From: an uncultured Bacteroidales bacterium | Lineage (GTDB): Bacteria > Bacteroidota > Bacteroidia > Bacteroidales > DTU049 | NCBI GenBank assembly: GCA_964526285.1 | Contig: CAZGIW010000006.1 | Span: forward strand, 6,742 to 70,741 | Length of the DNA: 64,000 bases | Direction of reading: 5' to 3' | In this document: piece after piece, positions 37,239-47,263 of the stretch | Layout: each line of letters begins with the position of its first letter | Position numbering within the stretch: position 1 is the first letter of the stretch | Translations under genes and position numbers: made by a program | Notes under the pieces: generated by a model | Databases searched by the model: none | What the model saw: only the letters and a program-made list of their open reading frames with translations | Told to the model about the DNA's origin: nothing

Positions 37239-38324
37239 CTAGATTCTTTTTTCAAATTTCTGATTTCTTTGTGCAGGTAAAAAACCGCTTTGAATAATGA
37301 TTGACTCCATTTCTTCGATACTGAGTTTTGCCTTCAATCCTGTTGATGCAACCACATTTTCTTCAAGCATTATACTGCCCAAATCATTGGAGCCAGAATG
37401 TAATGCCACAGATGCGGTGTGTTTTCCAACGGTAAGCCACGATGCCTGAATGTTGGAGATGTTGTGTAAGATTATTCTGCTCATGGCAATTATCTTCAGA
37501 TATTCGTGGGCTGTGGTTTTGTATGCAGATGGAAATTTTTGCAAAAGTCTTGTGTTTCCTGGCTGAAAAGTCCATGGAATAAAAGAAACAAATCCTGGAC
37601 CATCGCCTTTGTTTTCATCCTGGAGTTTGCGAATTTTTAGCAAATGCACAATGCGCTCTTCACTTGTTTCAATATGTCCGAACATCATGGTTGCTGTTGT
37701 TGATATTCCCAAAATATGGGCATGCCTCATCACTTCAAGCCATTGTTGAGAATTTGCTTTTAATGGTGACACAATACTTCGCACACGGTCAACCAGTATT
37801 TCTGCACCCCCACCGGGCAAACTGTCAAGACCTGCTTCCTGAAGCGCTTGCAATATATTGACAACTGGAAGGTTTTCTTTTTGGGAAAGATAAAAAATCT
37901 CCGAAGGACTTAGGGCATGGAGATAAATTCCTTCAAAGTGCTGTTTAAGATACTGAAACAAATTTATGTAGAAATCAAGACCAAGATCAGGATGCATCCC
38001 TCCCTGCAGTAATACCTGATTGCCTCCTGCAGCAAACAATTCTTCAATTTTTGGAATGTAATCCTCTTGCTTAAGAATATATGCGTTCTTGTCACTGCGG
38101 CTGCAACAAAAACTACAAAAATCACAAAATGAAAAGCATACATTGGTGATATTGATGTTACGGTCAATAATATAGGTCACTACTCCATCAGGATGTTTTC
38201 TTTTTCTGACTATATCAGCAGCAAGCATGAGCAAGGACAATGGCAAAACAGGAAGTCTCATGGCTTCCTCATCAGAAAGAGGTTCATTTGCAGAAATCTT
38301 TTTAAGCAATACTGTTTCATTCAT
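37239..38324 (-). CDS. radical SAM enzyme of the MqnC/MqnE/CofH family
   Basis: 361 aa. The CxxxCxxC cluster (NVCFSFCDFCSF) sits in the position typical of futalosine-pathway/CofH-type enzymes. I cannot discriminate the subfamily by eye. Confidence 0.7.
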   Translation of the reverse strand: MNETVLLKKISANEPLSDEEAMRLPVLPLSLLMLAADIVRKRKHPDGVVTYIIDRNINITNVCFSFCDFCSFCCSRSDKNAYILKQEDYIPKIEELFAAGGNQVLLQGGMHPDLGLDFYINLFQYLKQHFEGIYLHALSPSEIFYLSQKENLPVVNILQALQEAGLDSLPGGGAEILVDRVRSIVSPLKANSQQWLEVMRHAHILGISTTATMMFGHIETSEERIVHLLKIRKLQDENKGDGPGFVSFIPWTFQPGNTRLLQKFPSAYKTTAHEYLKIIAMSRIILHNISNIQASWLTVGKHTASVALHSGSNDLGSIMLEENVVASTGLKAKLSIEEMESIIIQSGFLPAQRNQKFEKRI

Positions 38325-38436
38325 AAGAAATGTGCTTCAAATGACAAAATTACAAAACTATTCTGTCTGTTCTAAAGGGGGAAGTCAAATTTGACGTAAA
38401 AAGGGTTTTTCTCTCTTTGTGGACAATTTTTTTTTG

Positions 38437-38444
38437 TAATTTTG
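38437..38444 (+). promoter_or_regulatory. -7 box (TAATTTTG) for metK
   Basis: It lies 28 nt upstream of ATG 38472. Confidence 0.5.
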
Positions 38445-38471
38445 CAAACTCAAATAATAAATACACATATT

Positions 38472-39773
38472 ATGTCTTACTTTTTTACTTCAGAGTCTGT
38501 TTCAGAAGGTCATCCTGACAAAGTATCAGATCAAATCAGTGATGCATTACTGGACGAATTTTTAAAAATTGATCCTTCTTCAAAAGTTGCTTGCGAAACT
38601 CTTGTAACAACCGGGTTGGTTGTGCTTGCCGGTGAAGTGAGAACAAATGGTTATGTTGAAGTGCAGGATGTGGCACGTCATGTTATTGAGGAAATTGGAT
38701 ACACAAAACCAGAATATCGTTTTGATGCCAAATCTTGTGGTATCATTTCATCCATTCATGAACAAAGCGGCGATATTTTTCAGGGTGTTGCACGCACAAG
38801 CCCCGAAGATCAGGGTGCTGGCGATCAAGGGATGATGTTCGGTTATGCTTGCCGTGAAATGGACAACTTTATGCCCATGCCAATAGAATTATCTCACATG
38901 ATTTTACAGGAATTGGCTGCAATTAGAAAAGAAGGTAAAGAAATGACATATTTGCGCCCTGATTCCAAAAGTCAGGTTACAATTGAATATGACAATAACC
39001 ACAATCCGCTTCGAATTGATACAATTGTTGTATCAACTCAGCATGATGACTTTGGTTCTGAAGACAGAATGCAAACTGTAATTACAAAAGATATTGAAGA
39101 AATTGTTATTCCACGGTTGATGAAGGTTTTACCTGAAAGAGTAAAACTCTTGTTTAAAGGAGACTTTAAACTTTTTGTTAACCCAACAGGCAAGTTTGTA
39201 ATTGGTGGACCTCATGGAGATGCAGGTCTTACAGGAAGAAAGATTATTGTTGATACATATGGAGGAAGAGGAGCACATGGTGGTGGGGCTTTCTCGGGAA
39301 AAGATTCTTCAAAGGTTGACCGTTCTGCAGCCTATGCAATGAGACATATTGCTAAAAATATGGTTGCCGCAGGAATTGCTGACGAAGTTCTTGTTCAGGT
39401 CTCATACGCAATTGGTATTGCAAAACCGATGAATGTTTATGTTAACACCAATGGAACGGCAAAGGTAAAAGATGATAACGGAAACCTCTTTCCTGATAGC
39501 AAAATTGCAGAAATAATTCAGGAAAATTTTGATTTCAGACCATATAGTATCATAAAAAGATTTGGATTAAAAAATCCAATTTTTAGGCACACTGCTGCTT
39601 ATGGACATTTTGGTCGTGATCATTACTCCAAAGAAGTTGAAGTGTATTATCAGGATGAATCTACCTATGAAAAAACTGAAAACGGAAAAGTGAAGTATTT
39701 TAAAAATGTTGACTTTTTTGCATGGGAAAAACTTGATGCAGTTGATAAATTGAAACAACTGTTCAAATTATAA
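38472..39773 (+). CDS. metK: S-adenosylmethionine synthetase
   Basis: Start at ATG 38472 ([25 protein letters not shown]). The signatures [12 protein letters not shown] and [19 protein letters not shown] are present. Confidence 0.93.
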   Translation: MSYFFTSESVSEGHPDKVSDQISDALLDEFLKIDPSSKVACETLVTTGLVVLAGEVRTNGYVEVQDVARHVIEEIGYTKPEYRFDAKSCGIISSIHEQSGDIFQGVARTSPEDQGAGDQGMMFGYACREMDNFMPMPIELSHMILQELAAIRKEGKEMTYLRPDSKSQVTIEYDNNHNPLRIDTIVVSTQHDDFGSEDRMQTVITKDIEEIVIPRLMKVLPERVKLLFKGDFKLFVNPTGKFVIGGPHGDAGLTGRKIIVDTYGGRGAHGGGAFSGKDSSKVDRSAAYAMRHIAKNMVAAGIADEVLVQVSYAIGIAKPMNVYVNTNGTAKVKDDNGNLFPDSKIAEIIQENFDFRPYSIIKRFGLKNPIFRHTAAYGHFGRDHYSKEVEVYYQDESTYEKTENGKVKYFKNVDFFAWEKLDAVDKLKQLFKL

Positions 39774-39780
39774 TTTTTTG

Positions 39781-40224
39781 TTATCTCCTTTTTTTAAAAA
39801 ACTCTTTCAACAGTTCTGAGGCTTCTTTCTCCATTACCCCTTTTATTAGGTTGGTTTTTGGATGAAGCATTTTTTTGCTGACTGTAGTAAATCCTTTTTT
39901 TGGATCTGATGCTCCCCAAACAATCTTTCCAATTTGAGCCCATCCCGAAGCACAAGCGCACATTGAACAAGGCTCGAGGGTAACATAAAGCACACAGTCC
40001 TGAAGATATTTTGAACCAAGATGATTGGCTGCTGCAGTAATGGCCAGCATTTCAGCATGGGCTGTTACATCCTGAAGTGTTTCTGTCATATTATGTGCGC
40101 GTGCAATGATGGTCTTGTCAGCAACCACTACAGCTCCAACAGGAACTTCGTCTTTTTGAAAAGCTTCATTCGCCTGCTTTAGTGCCTCTTTCATGAAATA
40201 TGTGTCGTCAAACTCAATGAGCAT
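39781..40224 (-). CDS. tadA: tRNA-specific adenosine deaminase
   Basis: 147 aa with the CMP/dCMP deaminase zinc motifs HAEMLAI and PCSMCACA. Confidence 0.85.
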   Translation of the reverse strand: MLIEFDDTYFMKEALKQANEAFQKDEVPVGAVVVADKTIIARAHNMTETLQDVTAHAEMLAITAAANHLGSKYLQDCVLYVTLEPCSMCACASGWAQIGKIVWGASDPKKGFTTVSKKMLHPKTNLIKGVMEKEASELLKEFFKKRR

Positions 40225-40227
40225 GGT

Positions 40228-41076
40228 TTATTTCCCTTTAATCTTGTTTCTGAGTGTTTTGAAAAAATCATCTTTTCGTGGCTGATGAAGACCGTCATGT
40301 GTGATTCGCATCTCATAATGATTCTGTAAATCAACCGCATATTGTTTTGTTTCTTCGTCTTCCGATTGCATCAATTCATTTATGTAGGGAAGAATATTGT
40401 GATTGAGCATGGCATTGACAGAAATTGTAGAATAATCACTTCTTCCCAAAGGATTTTTGTTTTGATTGATTTCTGGTTTGCCGTTTTCAGCAAAATAATC
40501 AAGAATCAAAATTTCAGGTGCTATTTTTTTAATTCGTCTTGATCCCCGTTTTTCATTTCTCCAGGGGTTCTCGTTTGGTTTCATCTGCTCAATGAGAAAA
40601 TCCCGCTTCCATATTGAAGCCTGATGAGACATGAGATATGATGATTCTTTGATATTAACACGTGATACGTTAAAACCTTCTATAAACAAATTCAGAGGAA
40701 TTGTTTTGTAAACTGAAGAACTGTGTAATTTTGTTAAGACTGTCCCTTTTGATTTTATAAAATCAAATAACTCAATAAAAAATTTACCGTTAACTGGCTT
40801 GTTTAGCCACATGTCTTCCTGGAAATACAAGAGGTAATCTTCAGGAATATGATCTTTACATAAAATTCTCAGGCGATCTGACCATTGGCCTTTTCCGGAA
40901 TGAATGTTTTTGAATCCTTCAATTTGAACTTCTTTATCTTCAGTTGCAAAATAATAGTTAAGGGGTATATCAAAATCCCAGTATTTTTTAAAAAAATATG
41001 CAAACCCACGAAATAAAAATTCATATCTGTCGCAAGCGTGAACAAGTATTGCAAAGGAAGGATTTGAAGTGCTCAT
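40228..41076 (-). CDS. hypothetical protein
   Basis: 282 aa, in an intact ORF tightly packed (3-nt gap) upstream of tadA. I recognise no family. A YFQEDMW acidic motif could be a transferase-type site. Confidence 0.5.
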   Translation of the reverse strand: MSTSNPSFAILVHACDRYEFLFRGFAYFFKKYWDFDIPLNYYFATEDKEVQIEGFKNIHSGKGQWSDRLRILCKDHIPEDYLLYFQEDMWLNKPVNGKFFIELFDFIKSKGTVLTKLHSSSVYKTIPLNLFIEGFNVSRVNIKESSYLMSHQASIWKRDFLIEQMKPNENPWRNEKRGSRRIKKIAPEILILDYFAENGKPEINQNKNPLGRSDYSTISVNAMLNHNILPYINELMQSEDEETKQYAVDLQNHYEMRITHDGLHQPRKDDFFKTLRNKIKGK

Positions 41077-41107
41077 GAATGTAATAACAGCAAATTGTTA
41101 AAAATAA

Positions 41108-41512
41108 CTAGTCTTTTCCGGGAAGGTCAATGTCATCTCTTACAATATATACTTCAGGATAATGGTCAATAATTTGTTGTCTGAAGCACTCAGCCTCAAT
41201 GCGGGTTCTGAAATTTCCAACCCTGACTAAATAATAGGGAGTATTGAAAATTAAATATGCTTTTATATGAGGATATCTGCCCATAAAACGAGAACGCTCA
41301 TTCATTGCTCCACTTTTTGAGCCGGTACCTGATGCTGAAAAAATGTGTACGCGGTATCCGTTAATGGTTTCCTGAACTTCATTATAATAAATGTGTTTCT
41401 CCACTAACTGGTCTATTCCACTTTCATTTTTAATGGTAACATTTTCCGGTTGTGCCAAAAGAGAAAATGGGAGTGTTGAAATGAGCCCTAAAAAGATAAT
41501 GATGATTCTCAT
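41108..41512 (-). CDS. SPOR-domain protein, secreted
   Basis: 134 aa with a signal peptide (LLAQ). It has a SPOR-like core GYRVHIFSASG...YLVRVGNFRTRIEAECFRQQI. Confidence 0.7.
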   Translation of the reverse strand: MRIIIIFLGLISTLPFSLLAQPENVTIKNESGIDQLVEKHIYYNEVQETINGYRVHIFSASGTGSKSGAMNERSRFMGRYPHIKAYLIFNTPYYLVRVGNFRTRIEAECFRQQIIDHYPEVYIVRDDIDLPGKD

Positions 41513-41534
41513 GTTTGATTCTTTATGTACAAAT

Positions 41535-42512
41535 TTACGACATTTCAGGATATAACATTGTAAAAATATTTTTCCAGGAATCTTCGTTTATTTTTGCACC
41601 AATTTCACGAATTACGTGTCCAGCAAGAATTGAGCCATATCTTCCGCATTCTTTCATCTCTTCTCCCTGTATCAAACCGTATAAAAATCCGGCTGCATAT
41701 AAATCTCCTGCACCAGTTGTGTCAAGACATGCAGATGGAAGAGCCTCAATTTTTGTAACAGTTTTTCTGTCAAAAACAAGCGACCCGTTAGCGCCTGTTT
41801 TTACTATTGAAAGGGGAACCATTTCTCCCATTGCAATAACTGCTTGCTCAGGGTTCTCCCCAGTCAGTGCCATGGCCTCTTCTTCATTGGCAAATAAAAT
41901 ATCCACTTTTTTAGGTATGAGATGTTTCAAAAAATCAAGATGCTGTTCCACAACATTATAGCTTGCAAGATCAAGTGATACATGAACACTGTTGGCAATG
42001 GCCTGTTGAACAGATTGTTCTATTAACTCATAATTCTGAAGCAAATATCCTTCAATATGAACAACTTTATAATTTGTAAATGTATATTCATGAATGTGCG
42101 AAGCGCTCAGCTCGACAGCTGCACCCAAATATGTGGCAAATGTGCGTTCACCATCAGGGGTAACCAGGGCAATTGCTCTTCCTGAATCTGTTGAGGAATA
42201 ATTTATATGCGGGATTACTTCATTTTTTTCAAAATCTGAAATAAAATGCTCTCCCCAGGTATCTTTACCCAGACTTCCCAAAAATCCCGTTTGAACTCCA
42301 AGTCTGGCCAATCCGTTGATGGTATTGGCCGCAGAACCACCACTGGTGATTCGGGTGGGATATTGCATCGCAGCTTTCATTATTGAGTCTGAAACTGCTT
42401 TGTCAACCAACTGCATACTGCCTTTGGGCAAATTATGTTTTGTTAGAAAAGTATCGTCAGGAAGTTGAACCATAATGTCAACAAGGGCGTTGCCAATTCC
42501 GAGTACGTTCAT
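41535..42512 (-). CDS. PfkB-family carbohydrate/adenosine kinase
   Basis: Start at ATG 42512 (MNVLGIGNALVDIM). The PfkB signatures GGSAANT and DTTGAGDLYAAGFLYG are present. Confidence 0.8.
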   Translation of the reverse strand: MNVLGIGNALVDIMVQLPDDTFLTKHNLPKGSMQLVDKAVSDSIMKAAMQYPTRITSGGSAANTINGLARLGVQTGFLGSLGKDTWGEHFISDFEKNEVIPHINYSSTDSGRAIALVTPDGERTFATYLGAAVELSASHIHEYTFTNYKVVHIEGYLLQNYELIEQSVQQAIANSVHVSLDLASYNVVEQHLDFLKHLIPKKVDILFANEEEAMALTGENPEQAVIAMGEMVPLSIVKTGANGSLVFDRKTVTKIEALPSACLDTTGAGDLYAAGFLYGLIQGEEMKECGRYGSILAGHVIREIGAKINEDSWKNIFTMLYPEMS

Positions 42513-42552
42513 AGTTTGTTTGGTTAATATTTTTTTAAATAAGCAGTATTGT

Positions 42553-43176
42553 CTAGAAATAGGGAGTAAACATTCTAACCATAACAAGTTTGCCGTTCAT
42601 ATTGAAATCACTTTCTGTAAGAGAAATGGTTTCTCCGGGTTGCATCAGTTTGTCATCACCTCCTGTATAGGCTTTTGGATCAATAAAAAACTGAACATCA
42701 GGCATGGCAGAAGTTTCAGCTACAAAATGATATCCGTAAGGAGTAAACCACAAATTCAAATCAGAGTAGGCAGTCTTAAACTCTTTTATTGAAGAACCCA
42801 CCCCAATGCTTTCTTCTGTTTTAAAATCGGAAGACATGACCTGTATTTCCCATATAACACCACCGCCTTTACGTTGTTGTGACACAAAGAACCCAAGCAA
42901 TGTGGTATTGTTTTTTTTGATAAACCATTGTGTGTCCTGCATGCCTTCACCCACATCAACCAATTCAGAGCTCATGGTCATTTCATCTTCCAGTTGAATA
43001 TCATCTTTTTGTTGTCCCAACTTTACAAATCCTGCTGAATTTGATGTAATAAGCCATTGTTGTGCTGTTACTTCAGTTTCCCCATTGCCATGGTCATGAT
43101 TACAATCCTTGTGTCCGCCACATGAAATGAATATTATGGCCATCACGAAATAAATAAATACATGTTTTAAGTTCAT
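42553..43176 (-). CDS. lipoprotein of unknown function
   Basis: 207 aa with a lipobox (IIFISCGG) and a His-rich stretch after the Cys (HKDCNHDHGNGE). Confidence 0.55.
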   Translation of the reverse strand: MNLKHVFIYFVMAIIFISCGGHKDCNHDHGNGETEVTAQQWLITSNSAGFVKLGQQKDDIQLEDEMTMSSELVDVGEGMQDTQWFIKKNNTTLLGFFVSQQRKGGGVIWEIQVMSSDFKTEESIGVGSSIKEFKTAYSDLNLWFTPYGYHFVAETSAMPDVQFFIDPKAYTGGDDKLMQPGETISLTESDFNMNGKLVMVRMFTPYF

Positions 43177-43314
43177 AGTTTTTTTTTACAAAATTAGTAA
43201 ACTTGAACGAAAAGAGAATAAAAAATCCATAACTTTAAGTTGTTATATTTGTCACATCTTTGTTCAGAAAAACTTTTTGTAATTTCGCAATGATTTATGA
43301 TGAAAAGTATTGCG

Positions 43315-44790
43315 ATGAAAGAACAACTGAAAGTACACAACTCCATTTCAGGGAAAAAAGAAGCATTTGAACCCATAGCTCCTCCTCATGTGGGCATGTA
43401 TGTTTGTGGCCCCACTGTGTATGGAGATCCACACCTGGGTCATGCCCGGCCTGCCATTACATTTGATGTGGTTTTTCGTTTTTTGCGTTTTTTGGGATAT
43501 AAGGTTCGATATGTAAGAAATATTACCGATGTAGGGCATCTGGAGCATGACAGTGATGATGGAGAAGACAAAATTCAGAAAAAAGCACGTATTGAACAAC
43601 TGGAACCAATGGAAGTGGCTCAATACTATACCAACCGATATGTTGAGTTTATGAACAGGCTCAATGTACTTCACCCCAGTATTGAACCCAGGGCATCAGG
43701 ACACATTATTGAGCAAATTGATCTCGTTCAGTCCATTTTGAAGGCAGGTTATGCTTATGAATCAAATGGATCAGTGTATTTTGATGTAAAAAAATACAGT
43801 GAGAAATACCATTATGGAAAATTATCAGGCCGTAAGCTTGAAGATCTGCTTGAAAACACAAGAGTACTGGATGGCCAGGATGAAAAGCGGTTTTCTGCTG
43901 ATTTTGCCCTCTGGAAAAAAGCAACTCCTGAGCATATTATGAAATGGAATTCACCCTGGGGGATTGGTTTCCCTGGGTGGCACCTTGAATGTTCAGCCAT
44001 GGGAATGAAATATCTGGGCGAACATTTTGATATTCATGGGGGTGGAATGGACCTTCTGTTTCCTCATCATGAATCTGAAATTGCTCAATGCGTTGCAGGA
44101 ACTGGTCATGAACCGGCCAAATATTGGTTACACAATAATATGATTACCATCAATGGACAAAAGATGGGCAAGTCTTTGGGAAATTTTATTACTCTTGAGG
44201 AACTTTTTTCCGGTTCACATCATTTGCTGGAGCAGGAATATAATCCAATGACCATTAGGTTTTTTATCCTTCAGGCTCATTACAGAAGTACTCTGGATTT
44301 TTCCAACCATGCCCTTCAATCTGCTCAAAAAGCATATCAGCGACTTACTGATGCAGCAAAAAAACTGACAACTCTGAAGGCTACAGAAACGGATCAGAAT
44401 ATTAACAGAGTGGAACAACTTGTCGATGCTGTTCACAAAGCTCTGCTTGATGACTTTAATTCTCCAGTGGCTTTAGCTCAATTATTTGAAGCATCCAAAT
44501 TAATTAATCAGGCTGTTGAAGAAAAAATTACCATGGGTAATAAAGAGATAGAAGCACTTCATTATTTGTTTGGAAATATATTTACTGAGGTGCTTGGACT
44601 TCAACTGCAGGAAACACAGTGCAGCGCAAAGGATATGACTGCTCAATTAATGAATCTGATGTTGGAAGTGAGAAACCAGAGTAAAACTGATAAAAATTAT
44701 GCAATGTCTGATTATATTCGCAATGAACTGGATAAAATCGGCGTTGTAGTGAAAGACACAAAAGATGGTGCCACATGGGATTTAAAATAA
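43315..44790 (+). CDS. cysS: cysteine--tRNA ligase
   Basis: It has the HIGH motif (HLGHARP), KMSKS-type KMGKS and the WHLEC zinc site. The start could be 43297 or 43315. Confidence 0.92.
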   Translation: MKEQLKVHNSISGKKEAFEPIAPPHVGMYVCGPTVYGDPHLGHARPAITFDVVFRFLRFLGYKVRYVRNITDVGHLEHDSDDGEDKIQKKARIEQLEPMEVAQYYTNRYVEFMNRLNVLHPSIEPRASGHIIEQIDLVQSILKAGYAYESNGSVYFDVKKYSEKYHYGKLSGRKLEDLLENTRVLDGQDEKRFSADFALWKKATPEHIMKWNSPWGIGFPGWHLECSAMGMKYLGEHFDIHGGGMDLLFPHHESEIAQCVAGTGHEPAKYWLHNNMITINGQKMGKSLGNFITLEELFSGSHHLLEQEYNPMTIRFFILQAHYRSTLDFSNHALQSAQKAYQRLTDAAKKLTTLKATETDQNINRVEQLVDAVHKALLDDFNSPVALAQLFEASKLINQAVEEKITMGNKEIEALHYLFGNIFTEVLGLQLQETQCSAKDMTAQLMNLMLEVRNQSKTDKNYAMSDYIRNELDKIGVVVKDTKDGATWDLK

Positions 44791-44803
44791 GATTTGAAAA
44801 CAT

Positions 44804-45811
44804 ATGAAAAAAAATACAACATTATTCAAACCACACCATATTTTCATTTTTTTGCTTGCCTTTGCAATTGCATCATGTGTGCAGAAAGAGGATCAGCCAA
44901 CTGAAACAGACGAAGTGGTTGAATTAAAAGAAGTTCCTGACTTTAATGCAGATACTGCATATTTGTTTATTGAACGCCAGGTAGACTTTGGCCCCAGGGT
45001 TCCAGGCACAAAAGCGTGGGAACAATGCGCCAACTTTTTGGCTGAAACACTTGAATTATATGGAGCAAATGTAATAGTTCAGGAAGCTTCTGTAAGAGCA
45101 TGGGATGGAACAATTCTTCCTATGAAAAACATTATCGGTTCATGGCAGCCTGAAAATAAAAAGAGGGTTATGCTTTGTGCACATTGGGATACAAGACCAT
45201 ATGCGGATTGGGATCCCGACGAAAGAAACCATAAAAAACCCATTGACGGAGCCAATGATGGGGCAAGCGGAGTAGGTGTTTTGCTTGAAATTGCCAGACA
45301 TCTTTCTGCGACACAACCTAATGTAGGGATTGATATTATATTTTTTGATGTGGAAGATTATGGTGAACCTAAAGATGATCAGTCAAAAATTAAAGATGAC
45401 AACTGGGGTCTTGGATCGCAATATTGGGCAAAAAATCCCCATGTAAAAGGATATTATGCAAGATTTGGAATTCTGCTTGATATGGTAGGAGCAGAGGATG
45501 CAATTTTTTATAAAGAAGGCTATTCAATGCAATATGCAGAACATGTGGTAAAAAAAGTTTGGGATGCTGCTCATAAAATTGGATATGGAAAATATTTTTC
45601 TTATGAAAGATCAAATCACATCACAGATGATCATTACTATGTGAATCTATTTCTTGGACTTCCTACAATCAATATTATTCATCAGGATAAAAACAGCAAT
45701 ACCGGGTTTTTTAAATACTGGCACACCATGGAAGATAATGTTGATAAAATAAGCAAAGAAACACTGAAAGCTGTTGGACAAACGGTGTTGTATGTCATTT
45801 ATAATGAATAA
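44804..45811 (+). CDS. M28-family glutaminyl-peptide cyclotransferase-like protein (lipoprotein)
   Basis: 335 aa with a lipobox (AIASC). The blocks LCAHWDTRPYAD, DGANDGASGVGVLLEIARHL and IDIIFFDVEDYG are typical of animal-type glutaminyl cyclases of Bacteroidota. Confidence 0.7.
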   Translation: MKKNTTLFKPHHIFIFLLAFAIASCVQKEDQPTETDEVVELKEVPDFNADTAYLFIERQVDFGPRVPGTKAWEQCANFLAETLELYGANVIVQEASVRAWDGTILPMKNIIGSWQPENKKRVMLCAHWDTRPYADWDPDERNHKKPIDGANDGASGVGVLLEIARHLSATQPNVGIDIIFFDVEDYGEPKDDQSKIKDDNWGLGSQYWAKNPHVKGYYARFGILLDMVGAEDAIFYKEGYSMQYAEHVVKKVWDAAHKIGYGKYFSYERSNHITDDHYYVNLFLGLPTINIIHQDKNSNTGFFKYWHTMEDNVDKISKETLKAVGQTVLYVIYNE

Positions 45812-45816
45812 CAGAC

Positions 45817-47172
45817 TTACATTAGGTCGTTTGCAAGATTTGCCAGTTCGGATCTTTCTCCCTTTTCAAGTTTGATATGTGCGTAAAGCGGATGATGCTT
45901 AATTCTGTCTATAAGCGTTGAAAGTCCATTACTTTGTGCATCCAGATAAGGAGTGTCTATTTGATAAATATCTCCTGTAAAAATTATTTTTGTGCCTTCG
46001 CCTGCGCGTGTGATAATGGTTTTCACCTCATGGGGGGTTAGATTTTGAGCTTCGTCAATTATAAAACAAATGTCGGATAGACTGCGTCCTCTGATATATG
46101 CAAGTGGCGTAATAACAAGTTTTTCTTTTTCCAGGTCTTCATTGATGGCTTTATATTCCTTGTCTTTTTCACTGAATTGGTTTTTTATAAATTTCAAATT
46201 ATCAAAAAGAGGCTCCATAAAGGGAGTGATTTTGCTTTTGATATCCCCTGGCAAAAACCCGATGTCTTTATTGCTAAGGGGGACAATAGGTCTTGCCAGA
46301 TAGATTTGTTTGAAATGACGCTTTTGTTCAAGTGCTCCTGCCAAAGCGAGCAGTGTTTTTCCTGTTCCGGCAACGCCCTGCAATGTAACAAGTTTCACAT
46401 CTGGATTGGCAATGGCGTGAAGGGCAAATACCTGTTCGGCATTTCTCGGATTGATACGATAAGATGGCTTTTTTTCAACACGCTCAATCAATCCTGTGAC
46501 TGAATTGAAAAAAGCCAGAACAGATTGTGTTTCGTTTTTAATTATGAAGTAGTGATTGGGTATTGGATTTGATGAAAACAATTCAGCAGGACTGCAATAA
46601 CCATTCTGATAAATTCTGTCAATAATTTCTTTGTCAATTCCTTCTAATGTGGTTTTGCCGGTATACAGGGATTCGACATCTTTAATTTTGCCTGTTTTGT
46701 AATCTTCAGCACAAATATTGAGGGCTTTGGCTTTCAGCCGGAGATTAATATCCTTGCTCACCAAAATAATTTTTTTGTCAGGATAATCTTCACTTAAAGA
46801 AATGGCTACATTGAGAATGCGGTGATCAGGTTTGTCTTCTCCAAATACCTTGCATGCATCCAGTCCGGAATGTCCGTTCATGATGACGCGGAATTTGGAT
46901 TTTTTTTCCGGAATAAGAGGCAACCATTCATTGGTGGTTTTCTGATTTGATAGTTGATCAAGAAGACGAATAAATTCTCTGGCCTCAAAATTTATTATAT
47001 CATTCCCCTTTTTAAAATTATCAAGTTCCTCAAGAACTGTAATGGGCAATGCCACATCATTTTCTTCGAATGTGAACAATGCATTGTGATTATAAAGGAT
47101 AACAGATGTGTCAAGGACATAAATTTTTGATACTTCATTGTCCTTTTCAGAAGTAGTTTTTCTTTTTGCCAT
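45817..47172 (-). CDS. PhoH-family ATPase with N-terminal PIN domain (YlaK-like)
   Basis: 451 aa. The PIN-like N-terminus is YVLDTSVILYN, Walker A is GVAGTGKT, and the PhoH C-terminal blocks are IIDEAQNLTPHEVKTIITRAGEGTKIIFTGD. Confidence 0.85.
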   Translation of the reverse strand: MAKRKTTSEKDNEVSKIYVLDTSVILYNHNALFTFEENDVALPITVLEELDNFKKGNDIINFEAREFIRLLDQLSNQKTTNEWLPLIPEKKSKFRVIMNGHSGLDACKVFGEDKPDHRILNVAISLSEDYPDKKIILVSKDINLRLKAKALNICAEDYKTGKIKDVESLYTGKTTLEGIDKEIIDRIYQNGYCSPAELFSSNPIPNHYFIIKNETQSVLAFFNSVTGLIERVEKKPSYRINPRNAEQVFALHAIANPDVKLVTLQGVAGTGKTLLALAGALEQKRHFKQIYLARPIVPLSNKDIGFLPGDIKSKITPFMEPLFDNLKFIKNQFSEKDKEYKAINEDLEKEKLVITPLAYIRGRSLSDICFIIDEAQNLTPHEVKTIITRAGEGTKIIFTGDIYQIDTPYLDAQSNGLSTLIDRIKHHPLYAHIKLEKGERSELANLANDLM

Positions 47173-47212
47173 TTTTTTTTAAATCTTTATGAATTACAAA
47201 TATAATGCATGT

Positions 47213-47246
47213 AAAAAAAAAGCTGCAGTGAAGCAGCTTTTTTTTG
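47213..47246 (-). terminator. rho-independent terminator downstream of the S46 peptidase gene
   Basis: A8-AGCTGC agtgaa GCAGCT-T8. Confidence 0.75.
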
Positions 47247-47263
47247 TTAACAGCCAATTGTTA

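Noticed and set aside
38325-38471. SAM riboswitch upstream of metK, and the 12-bp palindrome GTCAAATTTGAC (38384-38395) as an operator.
   Set aside because: The -7 box at 38437-38444 leaves a leader of only ~25 nt, which is too short for a riboswitch, and no SAM-I/II core motifs were seen. Perfect 12-bp palindromes are expected several times by chance in 64 kb of AT-rich DNA.
41515-41961. 148-aa ORF antisense to the PfkB kinase, and similar antisense ORFs (1826-2323, 4226-4684, 30219-30791, 13303-13683, 60594-60995).
   Set aside because: Each is embedded opposite a CDS with clear family motifs and has no motifs of its own. These are typical shadow ORFs.
45817-47172. PIN-PhoH ATPase (and RecQ at 12796-15024) as components of a defence or toxin-antitoxin system.
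   Set aside because: Both are solitary, full-length versions of widely conserved housekeeping-type families, with no partner genes (no antitoxin, nuclease, methylase or sensor neighbours).
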